A DNA stretch of 63,983 bases, counting the filler, from Sphacelaria rigidula (taxonomy: Eukaryota): the NCBI GenBank assembly GCA_964200075.2. It is 11 parts of 11 records of this genome, joined end to end, with 100 filler letters (N's around TTAATTAATTAA, not from the genome) between each part and the next. Parts side by side here need not be neighbours in the genome. Positions count along the whole stretch, not along the records: positions 23,305 to 29,030 come from CAXNAA020024933.1; positions 29,131 to 34,856 come from CAXNAA020024934.1; positions 34,957 to 40,682 come from CAXNAA020024935.1; 8 more parts are not named here. One strand, given 5' to 3'. A program made the position numbers and the translations under genes. This document shows positions 25,381 through 38,921 of the stretch, piece after piece; position 1 is the first letter of the stretch; each line of letters starts with the position of its first letter. The notes beneath the pieces were generated by a model. That model ran no database searches. It had not been told where the DNA came from and saw only the letters and a program-made list of their open reading frames with translations.

Positions 25381-27603
25381 GTGAGCTACTGTCAGGAATG
25401 CTCCTCGATCCCTTTGGCCGGAAGGGTAGTCCATCTGAACTATACCTGTTTTTTTTCAAGTGAAGTCGATGACAACTCAGCAGAGGACCTCCTCTCGCCG
25501 TCAAAGGGTTACATGTACCAACTTCCACTTCTCCAATGCACCAATCTGCACCACTATCATCTGACTGCAGTGGCGATCCCTGCAGGGACGCAACGGAGCT
25601 CCCACGCTGAGTGTGGCCTTGAGTAACCTACATTCAACTAGGATGACGCCCAAGTGGGACCCTGTACCAATCGGTTAAAGTGCGGGGTGATGCTGCAGTA
25701 CCCCCACCACCATCCCACCCAGAAGCGCTGGTGGTGGGAGGACGCCCAATCTACGTATGAATAAAAATGATACAAGCTGGGCACACCGTTCAGCTGGGAA
25801 CTCCCACGATTTCGAGCGTTTTCGCCAACATCGCTCATGAGAGGCGCTTCATGCACTCTGGAGTCAACTACCATATGCTGTATAAGTATTTTCTTTGTGA
25901 CCGTTTCAGGGCTGGTTTGCCGCGCGGGGGGGAGAGGGGGGAGAGGGGGGGGAAGGGGCGGCTGTCGCGGCACCACGTTGCGGTTGCATGTACATGTACC
26001 CCGAAATATGCTCGCGGGTTGGATAGACGTGCGAAGGTTCTTCGCTCGCTGTAGCGAAGACTCTGCTGATAGAGAGAACCACACAGAAGCATGTTTCAGG
26101 AACGCCACTTTCCGAACATGGATGCATGATACACCCCCCACACACACACACTGATACGTGGCGGTAACGCCTGAAACGCCGTGCGCGCTTCCGTGGGAAT
26201 GCAAAGAAGGGAGAATTTGGCACAGGAGCGCGCTCATTTCATGGAGCTCCAAAGCCCGCACTGTTGACTATGTTGCCCGTATTTGGCGTTCACAGTAGTA
26301 CCGACCGTAGTTATCATATTGCCGTGCACGTCGATGCATGCTGCTGCGGGGCCCTCACCTTAGGTTCTTGCCCGTGATCTATTAAGGGCACCTGTGTTTT
26401 CCGATAGCAGTTGTAACAGTCCTTCGGTGGTTCCGTTGGGGATTTACTACGGTGATGGAGCCCCCTTCCCCGCAACAGGACAAAGACATATACCTCTCAA
26501 GCCGGCTGTTTGGCGAAGTAGGAAGACGTGCGGGGCCATCAGCGGCATCAGCTTGCTCCAATGAACACCCAGTTGATGTTTCATCTTCTCAAGGACTCGC
26601 CAACAGTGATTCGTTAGCTGCATAACATGCAAAATCTCACTGACCGCTTGGGGCGGAGGAAAAGAAAACGACAAGCCAATACGTGGACCTCATGTCGAAA
26701 AGGCTCCTCGTGAGGTTGAGGATAGGGCAAGCCACATATGTTCTTGTATGGTTTTGGGGAAAATGTCGGCCATGCCGATTGCACGTCTCGAACGAGAAAA
26801 GAATGGGATAAAAAACTCTAATTTACAACCCTCCCCAACCGCCCCCCACTGTGAATGACCATTGATGTTTGTTTGTTTGTTTGATTGAATGAAGGTCGCA
26901 TCTTGAGTGATATAAGAATACCGTATGACCAGGGATCCAGCTGTGGTCATTCGGTATACGTACCCGAGATAAAATGAAAAAGAAGCACTCACTGAAGGAT
27001 ATTGAAGGAAACAGAAAAGAGGAGAAAATACAAAAAACAAAACAAAAAAACATTCTGAACAAAACAGAAACAAACAAAAACAAAGACAAGGACAAGAAAA
27101 AAGACACTAAAAATGGCTGGCCTCTGCAACACGGCTCCAGCATGCTTTGTTTATTTATAAATATGTTGTCAGCAAAAATCGCGCTTCAAGCTCCCACGGG
27201 CATCGCAAGCTGCCTCTCCTTCACCGCCCAACATGTACGCGCGCACACACAAAGAGAGAGTACACACGACTAATGCCAGGAAAGCCCCCCCCCAAAAAAA
27301 ACAAAGTGCACCGGAAACCGTCCGACAAGCCGGCTGCGATCCCACTATTTGGCTCGTTTGCAGCAATTTCGTCCACATGAGAGGCGTGTTGCAGTCCAAA
27401 ATCAGCTATATCGCCCTCATGAGTCGCGTCGTGCAGCACGAAACCAGTGCCAATGATATTTATGATCATCGCCTCCAGGCACTTTTTTGGCCGGTTCGGG
27501 GGGAGGGGGCTATCTCGGCAGCAGTCACACGCACCTGGTTCGAACCTCCTGTACAGCTACTGTACTGCTACTTTCCCTTCGCCCACCCCTTGCCCTAATC
27601 CAG

Positions 27604-27738
27604 GCGCTCTTGGAGAGTGCATTCATCACCGTGATGCCCCTGATATTGCTGTCGGGGGACAACGACGGGATGGGGGCGAGCGCATATGACTACGGGACCG
27701 CCACCTTTGCTCTTGTCGTCGTCACGGTATCGTTCAAG
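27604..27738 (+). CDS. P4-type ATPase, next exon (ALLESAFITVMPLILLSGDNDGMGASAYDYGTATFALVVVTVSFK)
   Basis: CAG/GT sites, 135 bp, phase 0 join; two hydrophobic helices ending VV.TV..K as in P4-ATPases. Confidence 0.82.
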
Positions 27739-29616
27739 GTACAGTACATACAGTAAGTACACAGCCACCCTTTAGGAGGTATTTTCCTACAAGTTCGGCG
27801 CAATTTTTACGGAAAAAAAGACGGAAACGATTTTTTGTTTTCATTTATTCACACTAGTCATCAAATACGATTGATCTAAACAGGACAGAGTACTCCGCCG
27901 TAGTGCGTACCAAAACCAGCCATTCATTGGATCTATGGATGATGCGTGTCGCGTCTATATACGCGTTTCTATATATTGAAGATCGTGCCGTATAATAATT
28001 GCCTTTACGGCAAGGGGAGTCATAGATTTAGAATCAAGAGAACCAAGACCCAATCTAGCGCGATGGAGGGCGTATCCACTTACGGATCTCCCAATGTCCC
28101 CAGAACCACCGGAGAATCAATACGGCGCTGTATTTCACGAATGTACAAGCTAGCGTGTAAAACTCGTGAAACGATACGATGAAAAGTTTTTATTCATCCT
28201 TCTGTGGTGTCGTACCATCCGGGCTGCTACAAATGAGGTTCGTGGGCCTCGCCCTCTCGCCGTGGGTGTGGACGCAGTAGCGGGAGTCTCAGGGAGTGAG
28301 TCAAAATACGGATGGCAGGTTCTATGACCATCCGGTCCGAGCTAGTGACGGGGGGAGATGAGTGTCGGACGCGGTTGTCTCCCTCGAAGGACGGGTAACG
28401 GTCGGGAGTCAACACGAACATGCGACATGAGATTGACGGCATCTTTTGCGTCGACATTCGCCCTCCGTTGCGTGTAGAAACAATAAGAAGGAGAAGGCAG
28501 ACCAGCGTGAATATAGTACTTCCTTTGGGCCAATCAACTGTTGAACGGGCTTGCTGCCCACACCGTATGTACATACGTATTAGTCGAACCCTTTCGCCAA
28601 ATCGCCGACGAGTTCTTCGGTTTCCGCACCCAGTTCACGGTCTACGTTCCCCGAGAGTGCCCAGGAATTCTTTCACCATCACGCTGCCTCGTCGCGACCA
28701 TGGCATTCTCTTTCATGATCGCACCATGCCATCTGCCACGGCCGATCTTAGGTAACTGGATTTGCACCCACCCGATAATATCACAACCCAGAGGTTTGTG
28801 GTATTTCAGGTTCTACATATAGCGACATGGGAACGCAATGAGCGATTCTGCATCATTGCTATACCGGCGATAATGACGCGTTCCAATAGCCAGCCCCTTG
28901 CATCGCCGTCGAGGACAAACGTAGAGAAATGAGTCATCCAACGACATATCAGGGGGGGGGGTGTACTCATGATCATGCATGCCATAGTCATACACCATTG
29001 ACCTCGCATTCCTAGAAAGGCGGGGCGGAGNNNNNNNNNNNNNNNNNNNNNNNNNNNNNNNNNNNNNNNNNNNNTTAATTAATTAANNNNNNNNNNNNNN
29101 NNNNNNNNNNNNNNNNNNNNNNNNNNNNNNCAATAAATCTCGTTCTCACCTGGCGCGGAGGATGGATTTAAGAAGGGTCTTTTTCGGTGAGGTGGGGAGG
29201 CACAGGACGGGGGGGGGGGGGGGGGGGGGGGGGTGCAAGCGTCAACACCGATGCCACGGTTCGCGCTGGTGACATCGCGATTTGCTGAAACAGCGAGATC
29301 AACTTGATTTGGAGTGATGCTACGGTAGGGGTGCACAAGTTTTATCCGAGGTAATTGTTAAAAACCCTTCATCTCATCCAAAACACGACCTACGAAATAT
29401 GTGAGAGTACGCCAGGATTACTGTTCCAATGTGCCATTCTAGGGACATCCCGAGAAAAAAATGCAAACGGAGATGCCCTGACCCATATTATTGTGCATCT
29501 AGAATCGTCAGGAGCTCCTGAACCGGACAACATCTTGCGCAAAACGTGTACTCTCTACAATAGCATTGCTTTTTGATTCATCATCTCTTCTGTGGATTAG
29601 TTTCAGAGTCGTGGAA

Positions 29617-29866
29617 GACACTTTCCACGATAGCCCCCCCCAATACACCGGCCGAAAAGTGTCACGAAAGAAATGGACATACAGCGCCTGAGGTTTGGGT
29701 TCAGGCTGCATGAAGCGCTTCATACGGGCGACATTGGCGAAAACGAACCCAAGCGTGGGAATTCCCATCTTCTCGTTGTGCCCGCCTTCCTCCTTTTTGA
29801 TTTATGTGAAGATTTTGTCTCCCAAAAACAGGCACCTTTTTGCAAGGGGCTATCGTAAAAAGTGTC
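29617..29866. mobile_element. ~250-bp MITE with GACAC..ACGATAGCCCC TIRs
   Basis: Inverted ends; copies at 31674-31934 and 48278-48525; imperfect 4-bp TSD GGAA/GAAA. Confidence 0.85.
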
Positions 29867-30289
29867 GAAAAAAAAAAGCATGAAGCTCTGTTATCGTGCC
29901 ACGGGTAGGGGTGCGCTATCTCGGCCAAAACTTGTCGTGAAGAGCTTTCCCTCTGTGAAACACACAACAACGTCATTCTTCACAATCTGTGGACTTTGCC
30001 TGCGAGAGAGGATCGTCTAACGTTCAGACGCAACTTCGTCCTAACCGCACTGGAGTGTGTGCGTGAGAGTCTAATCTGAATTCAAACGCTGGCGCATGCC
30101 ATATCCGTACACCCTACCGGAGCACTCCCGGATGGAGGTGTACAGTCTGTAAAAACAGAGTGATATTTATAAAGATAGAGAGGGAGAGAGAGAGGACATA
30201 GTGTTCAGGTGCGTTTAGGCGACGTATTTTTGCCAAACCCTGAAATGCCAAGGCTGACGTCCACGCTCACCCTAACCCACGCCATGCAG

Positions 30290-31200
30290 AGAGCTCTCGG
30301 GCGAGTGGGACGTATTCATTTGTTGCTTGTCTTAGTCGTGTGACCATTGACCACGCATCCCTTTCGAGACAGAGCAAGTGGGGGAGGGGGGTACTCATTC
30401 GTTGCTTGCCTTAGCCGTTTGTACACCTCGGGCAACGAGGATGGGTATGATGACCTTGGCACACTGTGCGTCGGGAAGCTGAAGCTGAAATCGACACCGT
30501 ACACCTCGAGTTGAAACGCATTCGGCGCACGCTGCACGGGCACCCGGAACTGTCAGCTCCCCAAAAGATTCAATTGTGAAAGTCCACACCTCAGCCAAGC
30601 GTCTTCTGGCCCTTGAATTTCCTCTAACGATCGGCCTCAAAACTCCACTGGTTTACGCGATGCCATAATGCCACGTTTTATTTTGTTCCGGGTGCGTTCA
30701 TTATGTGACAATGTCTGGATCCTCGAGGAATCAGTCAAAGTTCTACAATTAATCAAATCACCTCAATCATAATTCAAGATGAAGGCGTCCACATAAAAAC
30801 CTACCGCACACAAGACGACGAAGACACACCTACCCACTTGAGGTCACAGTCTACCCATGATTAATGATTTTTTACAAATATCGCTGAACCTCAACCACAA
30901 CCCGAGGCATACCGAGAGCCCTCGGGCAGGGCAGGGGGGGGGGGGGCGCATTCTCATTTGTTGCTCGCCTTAGTCGTTTGACCATTGACCACGCATCTCT
31001 TTCGAGACGGAGCACCGCCGCAGGGGGGGGGGGCAATAGGGGAGTGCATAGGTCAAAGTGTGCGTGCGTAGATCTCACATCGGCGCCGTAGTTGGTGATC
31101 AGCAGAAGAACGCATTCTGCGCACGCTGGGAGCATACGGGACTGTCCACCTCTCTTGAGATCCGATTCTCATTGTTTACACTCAAATCAGGTAGGATGTT
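30290..31200 (-). pseudogene. Possible duplicated, decayed ankyrin-repeat fragments disrupted by CT-1 insertions
   Basis: ACAECVLLLITNYGADV...TPLL at ~31030-31130 and frameshifted ACAECVS..EVYGVDF at ~30490-30535. Confidence 0.35.
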
Positions 31201-31673
31201 ATCAACCATGAGTAGATTGTAGCCCAACTGGGAGTCAACTCCACGGCACGAAATTCTCGAAAACTCTTGAACACACCCGACGCAAACAACACCACACTAC
31301 AAAAATAATCTACAGGTCACGAAGGATATCAAATAGCCAATGACCGCCCGACAGGAGAGTAACCGAACGTCAGATGTTAGCTGCCGATCGTGAACTCAGA
31401 CAGAAGTCTATATATTCGCGGTTCGACATGTTATTGTGATTTTCATATCCTGAATAAGGAAGTGGCTGGAGACCCACCTGTACCAAACCTGGGTCGGTAT
31501 ATGGCCTGGAAAATATTGTTCTGAATTTCGCCCGGCCCGGTTTCTAAATCGCCCCGTCTCACTCCAATTTTGCGAGTTGAACTTCAAAAATTGAAAATTG
31601 GTACGGAGAAACAGCAAGGCATGCTAAAACGCCGTCCATCGGGAGGAGCAGTTTTTTTTTTTCGTGCCTTCAC

Positions 31674-31934
31674 GACACGTTTTACGATAGCCCCCCGCCA
31701 GAGGGTGCCCGGTTTTGGGAGACAAAAGCTTCACGTTCATCGAAGAGGAGAAAGGCGAGCACAACGAGAAGCTGGGAATTCCCACGCTTGGGTTCGTTCT
31801 CGTCAATGTCGCCCGTATGAGGCGCCTTGTGCAGGCTGAACCTAAATATCAGGCGCTGTATGTCCATTTCTTTCGTGACACTTTTCGGCTGTTTTTTTTT
31901 TTTGGGGGGGGGGGGATCTAACGTAGAAAGTGTC
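31674..31934. mobile_element. GACAC-TIR MITE
   Basis: TIRs; flanks TCAC/TCAT; empty-site paralogue at ~13850-13880. Confidence 0.85.
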
Positions 31935-32093
31935 TCATGGTATTTTCTTGATATCTAGATACTGATTATTGCCATTAACTCACGAAAAATACATATATGC
32001 TCGTCTCGAGCGACAGAGTTTTAGCATGGCCTATCCCTCCTTCGTACCAAATATCGAAGTCTAACGCGCAAAATCGAGGTGAGACGGGGTCTG

Positions 32094-32352
32094 TGTGTTG
32101 TGTGGTATCGTCCCATCTATTCTGGGCGCCGGTCTACACCTTTCGGTGCATGTGGGCGCACCAGCCAGGGTCACACGGGAGGAAGGACGAACACAGGGGC
32201 TGCTTCTTTTCTATTTGTTTTCAGTTCTCCACCTTCCTTCTGCGGTGCTTGCCTTTGTTTTGTTTTTTTCATCGGGAGAGGGATTGAGCAGTCCCTTGCC
32301 CTCGTCGACCGTCGAATCGAATTTTGTGTACCCACGACATAGTCGCTGTCCA
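32094..32352 (-). mobile_element. 5'-truncated tRNA-derived SINE
   Basis: Matches body of 62888-63250; 6-bp TSD GGTCTG (32088-32093, 32353-32358). Confidence 0.8.
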
Positions 32353-33261
32353 GGTCTGCAAAGCACAAATTCGCATCTCAGCGGGCCCAGCCTGTATATT
32401 TTCTCGGAGTCCTCCAATAGTGGAGCTTCAAAGAAAAATCAGGCGGCTCTATCGTTTGACAAGTCTGAACGCAGGGTAAAAGTCCGAAACTTCTCGACAT
32501 CTCCGGGGAAACGGTGTCGATCATACTTGCGTCGTATGAAGCTCACTCGAATCGAATCGGCACCTATTTGCAGATACGGGTGCTGAGTGCTGAGAGGTCA
32601 TGTTTTATCGAGACGAGACAATAAAAAAGAGGAAAGGAAAAACGGTCGTCCAAAATAGACATGGCCTGAGAATGTCGTGGGTGCACATGAGGCTTGCCAG
32701 TCCCTCCAAAAGATCCAAATATGAAGGTGGATGTCGAAACCAAGTATCGGGGTTCAAGCATGATAATTTTGTCCACCAGTCCGCTCTAAAAGGAGTCCTC
32801 TAAGTACTACACGGGACAGCACAGTACAACAGTACAGTACGCCAAGAAGTTTACACGTTGGTGTGATTTTTTCACACGTCTTTCTGTCAGCAGGCAAGCC
32901 AATGGGAACCCTGCTTCGACCCGGCGTTACTGCACCGATTGGCCACTCTGCTGCTTCGATCACTAAGGGGTTGTAGGGTAGGATAGTCGAATCCTCTGGG
33001 TGCTGGTGAAGCGTGTTCTACCTCGCTCGATGACTAGGTGGATTGATTGTAAGTTGAGTTCTTGTTTCAGCTAGCTGCACCTCGCGATTTTAAGTCACTG
33101 TCCACTCGACAACAATAACAGTGTCGGAATGTGTCTTCAACCATGATTGAACGCTGACGTTGTGGCAACGACCCGACGATCTGTTCGGCAAAGACCCGAG
33201 ACGGGTGAGGAAGATCCAAAAAAATTTGATCGTACGTACACGAAGTTTCGAAGCAGTGATG

Positions 33262-33463
33262 GAGGTATCTCAAACTCGGCTCCTGCTTTATTCGCTGGCT
33301 CTGAGTTGTGTAATGTTTCTTAAAAGTGAAAGTGATTGCCATTCATGAGAGGACCTGACCTGGCAGTCAAACGGTCTCATCATCTGATGAATCGGCATCA
33401 CTATCACTTGAAAAAATAGAACAAAACAAACCAGGATACCGGGAGCTGAGTTCGAGATACCTC
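33262..33463. mobile_element. Tourist-like MITE (copy of 4446-4650)
   Basis: GAGGTATCTC...GAGATACCTC TIRs, followed by TAA. Confidence 0.8.
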
Positions 33464-33469
33464 TAATAA

Positions 33470-33959
33470 GGCCGCTCCTTAAAAGAGACAAAAATAAAAA
33501 CCTGAAAAAATGCCTTTTTTGAGCTTTCACGTCGTTTTACGCCCCAAAAGAGAGCTAGGCGGAGGTTGACACCTTGGAATGACTTGCTTTACTAGTTGAG
33601 GCGGTTCCAGGACATCTTCCCGTTTTCCGGGAGCCACAGTTTTTTTTCTTCATTTTGGCCAAACAAGAATTTTGTCCAAGAACGGGAAGAAAACAGTCAA
33701 GTCCGGAGAAAAGTGGTACTCTTTTTGTAGATTCGACTGTTCTTTACCGTTCTCGAACAGAAATTCTTGTTCGGTCAAAATGAAAACTGCGGCCACCGGA
33801 AAACAGGAAGATATCCTGCAACCGCCGCAATTAGTAGAGTAAGTCATTCTAAGGTGTCAAACTCCGCCAAGCTCTCTTTTGGGGCGTGAAACGACGTAAA
33901 AGCTCGAAAAAAAAAGCACTATTTCAGATTTTTATTCTTGTCTTTTGTAAGGAGCGGCC
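33470..33959. mobile_element. Fully palindromic 490-bp Harbinger-like MITE
   Basis: GGCCGCTCCTTA...TAAGGAGCGGCC; arms run to the centre; TAA TSD. Confidence 0.88.
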
Positions 33960-34294
33960 TAAAACACAAAACAAGACATCGCCACATTTTGTCAACAGGC
34001 GTACACACAGTGGTGGATACTAGGTTACTGCCGTGTGACTGGCTCCTGCACAAGCTTGGTCGCAGGAGCAGCTGCGGCAGCAGCAACTATCCAGTCATAT
34101 TCCATATGTTTTGTTCTATGCATTTCGTCTCTGCTGAGCTATTTTTCTGAGACGGGTAGTGAAGCACCGTGTTGCTTTGCTTTTTTACCGTCAGTACAGC
34201 ATTGTACTTTGTACAACAGAAGATGCTACTCGTGGGCTTTTGCTTGTTGTGCGTGCATATAATTTCTCGAATAAAACGGGGTTTCGCGCATATT

Positions 34295-34620
34295 GTCTTC
34301 CCCTCTGTCCAAAAAATACAATCCAACCATCCATCCTCAATCAACCTTCAATTAATTAATTGATTATACTAAATTTATTGAGGTTCAATGTCTTCCCCTC
34401 TGTCCAAAAAATATAATCCAACAATCCATGCATCCAACCATCCATCCTCAATTAACCTTCAACCAATTTAATAATTACATTAAATTTATTCGGGTTTCTT
34501 GAGAGACGCAATACTTTACAAGTAAAGTACTGTATTGTCATTTTATTGTCCAGAAAAATAAAATACATCCAACCACCCATCCTCAATCAACCTTTCATTA
34601 ATTAATCACTTAATTTATCA
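34295..34620. repeat. Degenerate AT-rich tandem repeat, ~95-130-bp unit, about 3 copies
   Basis: Recurrent TGTCCAAAAAATA...CCATCCTCAAT.AACCTT...AATTTAT. Confidence 0.75.
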
Positions 34621-37569
34621 ATATTGTATATATCTATATATATGTTCACACTTCACATGTATAAAAATAAATAATTGAAACGTTAAAAAAAAAATACATT
34701 GAGCGTTTTTCTTCCAACATGTTTTTGGAAAATTCAGCATAAGGCCGCTTCTTCTAGACTGAAAAAAGTCCCCAAGAAAAGTCGTTTTGGTCAGTCTACA
34801 GAGACTCTTTTTAGAACACGACCTCATAGGGCCATGTTTCATGAAAAAAGCCTCTGNNNNNNNNNNNNNNNNNNNNNNNNNNNNNNNNNNNNNNNNNNNN
34901 TTAATTAATTAANNNNNNNNNNNNNNNNNNNNNNNNNNNNNNNNNNNNNNNNNNNNCGCCTCTCCTTCTCAAACAACCTCCCCCCCCCCCTCCTGACCAA
35001 GATTGACACATATCGCATCGGAATGATCCCGCAAGTCCCGCTTGCTCCCACTCCCGGCAACGTCCACTCAGCTTAGACTATCGACGTAAAATTGTCTTCG
35101 ACGCACTCGTTGCAGTGGTTGCCGTGTTCATCTGTGTGCTCTTCATTACCCTGACCATTGGGACCTATTTCCGAAGCTTCCAAGTCAGGATGAGACAGAA
35201 ATGATTACAGAACCTGGACCCACACAGACTTGCCTAGGGTAAGCTTGAACATCGGGTGCACATGTTCTTCATCGGTCATCGACCACCTACTTCTCCTGAT
35301 TAGCACAACTGCGTTGCGTCTCTGCGCTGGCAAGCCATGTGTTACATCCTACCGTGCGCGGTACAGCGAGCTTTTGACGGAGTGATCCGATGCAGTCCTC
35401 CCTCAGCTGAGTCATGCCAAGTCCATAGTTACCCTCAGTCAAGATCTTATTGGTCAATTTGTACTTCATCCACGCCACCGCCGCTCACGTCGCTCGGCAT
35501 GCACCTGATACCCGATACCGGCTCCCTATGAGAATCTCCATGATCCGATATCCACTTCCCTTCAATCTCACTCCTCTCATCCAAAGAGAATTATTTACCT
35601 AGATTGTGACATTCACGGCCTGAAACGAGGGTTGCACTACACTTCACGATTGCACCATCTGCTTGGCAATCTCGCGCATGTCGTCCCCATTCCGTATCTC
35701 CAAGTCTTCGGACCGACCCCACTAACTGCTGTAGCGTCTCCGTTCACCTCCGCAGCCTGCGCCATTTCGACCAAGTTCAAACCCAACTAGTGTTCACCAT
35801 TTCTTGGTCACTTGGCAAGTAGGGAAAGTGTATGGATGGAGGCGCGCGACTTGATATGACGTCGAGTCTTCGCCTTCAACATCCGGAGCGTCGTCGTCGA
35901 GCTTGTGCAGTATTTTCGACAGATTGTCGGAAAGCTTGCACTCCGGATGTCGCTCGCTCATCTCGTAGTGACAGGTGACCATATCGTGGTGATAGACTGT
36001 CGTTCAGGGGACGTGGTAACCGACGCTCGAGATTTTCCCTTTGCTTGCGTACGCCACCTCTTATATTCCGAGTGCATTCCTCACGTAACGAAGACGCTGC
36101 GACATTCTCTGCACTCCTTCCCTCTCGCCTGTTCCAGCCACTCTGCAGGAAACGCCGGCCGCACACTGTGTTTCCCCCATCTTTTTCGTCTCTCATACAC
36201 CAATATATCGCCAGACGTTCAAACGGATATCATGGATCTACCGAGATGAGCGACCTGGTGGAAATTTGTTTGCTGTACCCTTCCCGCGCGCGGCGCCTCC
36301 TGGTTATGGTTTTGGGTAGTATTTGGCGGAAGGAGCGATATACCTTCATTTCGTAACTGTGTCCAACGTAGGGATGGACACGTGCACGATGAACAACGAG
36401 GGGACCCTGGTGCTGTTGTCGTGACGGCCGAGCGTGGGCACCCCTCCTCAAGCATCTGAATTCGGCAGCGACCGCAGGAAACAGGAATCACATCAAACTA
36501 TCGCTGACTGGATTGGGCTACATTTATTGAATTGATTGATATGATTGACGATCGAACGTCAATTGAATCACCAGCAATCCCGCCGTGGTCGCGAGATAAA
36601 AGTTCCCACGGTAAATGATCGAAAAGCCTTGAGACAGGAAGCTCGACAAAGTGGAAAGATAAATTAGGAAAAGGAGACCAGGGTGAACTGCAAAGCAAAA
36701 AGACGCTGGGACTCTGTCACATGGGTGCAGGTCGGAAGACCGTACAAGAACCAAACAAAAGCAAAACCAGCAAGGCAGTGAAAGCAGGTTGCGACTCAGA
36801 TAGACAAGGACCCCAAGACTCGATATATCCAAGGGCGACACTATTCAAGTAGGAACTCCCAGCCATGAGCGCTGCAAGAGCGAGGCACAAATACGAATAG
36901 CCATGCGAGAAAACAGAAAGGGAAAGAAGTATGTATAAGAAATGAAGGAGAGCAACGAGAGAGAGAGAGAGAGAGCAGAAAATTAGGGGAGGAAGAAGAA
37001 CAAGGAACACAGAAAACTAGCACAACCCATGGCAGGGGCTACGGCATACGTGAGACGAGAACGAGAACAAGAACCGCGTAGGTATGTATACATATATATA
37101 GAAGTACATATACTTTGAAGCATACTATTGATGAGAGGTGTTTGTGTTGATACAAGACAAGTGTTCGGAACCACGGACGAAGCAAAAGTAATTTCGTGGT
37201 ATAGGTCATTGGTGCAATTCTTACAGAATGCCACAGTAGTACTCCCGCAGAGGGGCTAGCATCTTGTGCCGCGATACCGCAGTCGCCTCGGCGTATTGCG
37301 GCTTGATCTGCGTGGATTGAGCATTCCGAGAACATTCCGTGGCGTGCGCGAGTGCCTATGCTCCGTACTGAACTCTACTGATGCCCCTCGCTTTCCTCCC
37401 TTTTCTCATCCATTCGTTTGCTCTCGCTACTTTCTGAGGCGAGCTGTGAACACGACGCCTTCTCTGAACCTCTCACCGGCTATCAGCCGTGTCAGCCTTT
37501 GCTCGGCTATCTCAGCCGTGCCCGTGGAACCGATGCGACGGTTTACAAGGCCATTTCACATAGATGTTA

Positions 37570-38921
37570 AGTAACCCGGCTGAAAAACATCGTACAAGTT
37601 GCAAGCCAAGGGAAGAAGCCAACAGCCGATGGTAAGGGGCAGGGGAATGCCGCATTCCACATATAATTTCAGTCACTACAGAAGCTGCTAGAACAAGGGC
37701 GATGGAAGCTATGCTGGACGGATGTGCTACATGGCGGCTGCGATCCGAGGACTTCAACAGTCTGCGCGTTGCCCATCACGTGCTTTTGCTGCGAGTGGTC
37801 GGATTTCGCAGGGGACAGCAAACTGGCAATAAGATTCTTTCATACAGACCCGTGCTTGAGATGACCAACTGCGAACGTATCGAGACGAGCATTCGCAAGC
37901 GCCAACTCCAGTGCTAGGGGGCCCTTGTCCGGCAGGACGAAATGCACCTTCCAAAGCGCATCATGTTCGGACGACTGGCCGTACAAGGCTCCAAGGAGGC
38001 TGGCCGCCCCCCCACACACTGGGCGGACTGCATCCAGGAGAACTTACGTGCACTACATTAGCGCTCTTCCACGCAAAGGAGCACAACGGAAATGATTAGC
38101 CTACAGAGTGGAGGTCAACGACCCACACGATTGGATCACTCCGAAGAACACTGGCGGATGACACCTTGGAGTTAAGGAAGGGGCGGAAAGTTGGAGGAGA
38201 GGAGACGTGGCGACGTCAAGACAAACTCCAGTCGGACCGTCGCTACGAACAAAAGGATTCTGCATCGAGAGCAGCCGAAAGGAGAGCCGTCACCGCTGAC
38301 GCTACAACAACAACGGCTCGTGAGGAATCCAGGATGGAAACGGTCGAGGGTAAGTCCCACTTTGTACACTGCTAGGGATGAATGAGGAAAGCTGGGTTAT
38401 AACACAAAACCTGATGTAACACTGTCTTCTCTTGTCAATCCTTGAACTTTTCCTGGGCCTGTAGTCTGGCGGTGTTCCCAGGTTGAGCTTTGGTACATGC
38501 TCTACCGTGTCCTTGGCTTCCATCGCTTCCCAGCTTTTTTCTTCGCTGTTTTTATTCTTTCTCCTTTCATTTCCTCTCTTAAAGTATTTCTCGCTATTTG
38601 TCTCTTGTCAGTGTTATACGGTAGCAGTTTGGTGCCTTGCTTGCGTCGGGATCATGGTCAAGACTCAACCCAAATAGTATGGTCCGAAATAGATGAGCCA
38701 CCACCTGCTTCATCGGTATTTTGGTTTGGTTTGGTTCGTTCCGGTTTTGGTTCCTCAGTCTACTCCGTTTGTTAGGTACATATTGCCGTTTTCACTGTTA
38801 CTTCTTTTCTTGGGCAAGCGTTTCCGGTTTGTTCACCTTGGGTAGGTTTACTTTCTGGATAATGACCACGACTGGGTCCGTCTTGTGGATAATGATCAGT
38901 TAATGTGCGACCATCAATCAA
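37570..38921 (+). mobile_element. RTE LINE 3' portion (ORF end, 3' UTR, ATCA-repeat tail)
   Basis: EAMLDGCATW..., IETSIRKRQLQ, LPKRIMFGRL, GRPPTHWADCIQENL; tail shared with short 3' ends at ~7500-7563, 11390-11460, 16050-16240, 22090-22165, 26865-27120, 36525-36600. Confidence 0.88.

Larger units (their letters stand above)
31481..32398. mobile_element. Long-TIR MITE copy containing a GACAC-MITE and a SINE
   Basis: Collinear with 13194-14051 once the inserts are removed. Confidence 0.7.

Noticed and set aside
26974..27273. Lys-rich ORF
   Set aside because: Antisense of a T-rich RTE 3' UTR
19129..27738. MOB1 and P4-ATPase exons as one gene or a cluster
   Set aside because: Different scaffolds separated by an artificial spacer; unrelated families
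28623..28751. Next P4-ATPase exon
   Set aside because: AG/GT present but the peptide lacks the expected transmembrane W...H...WGS pattern
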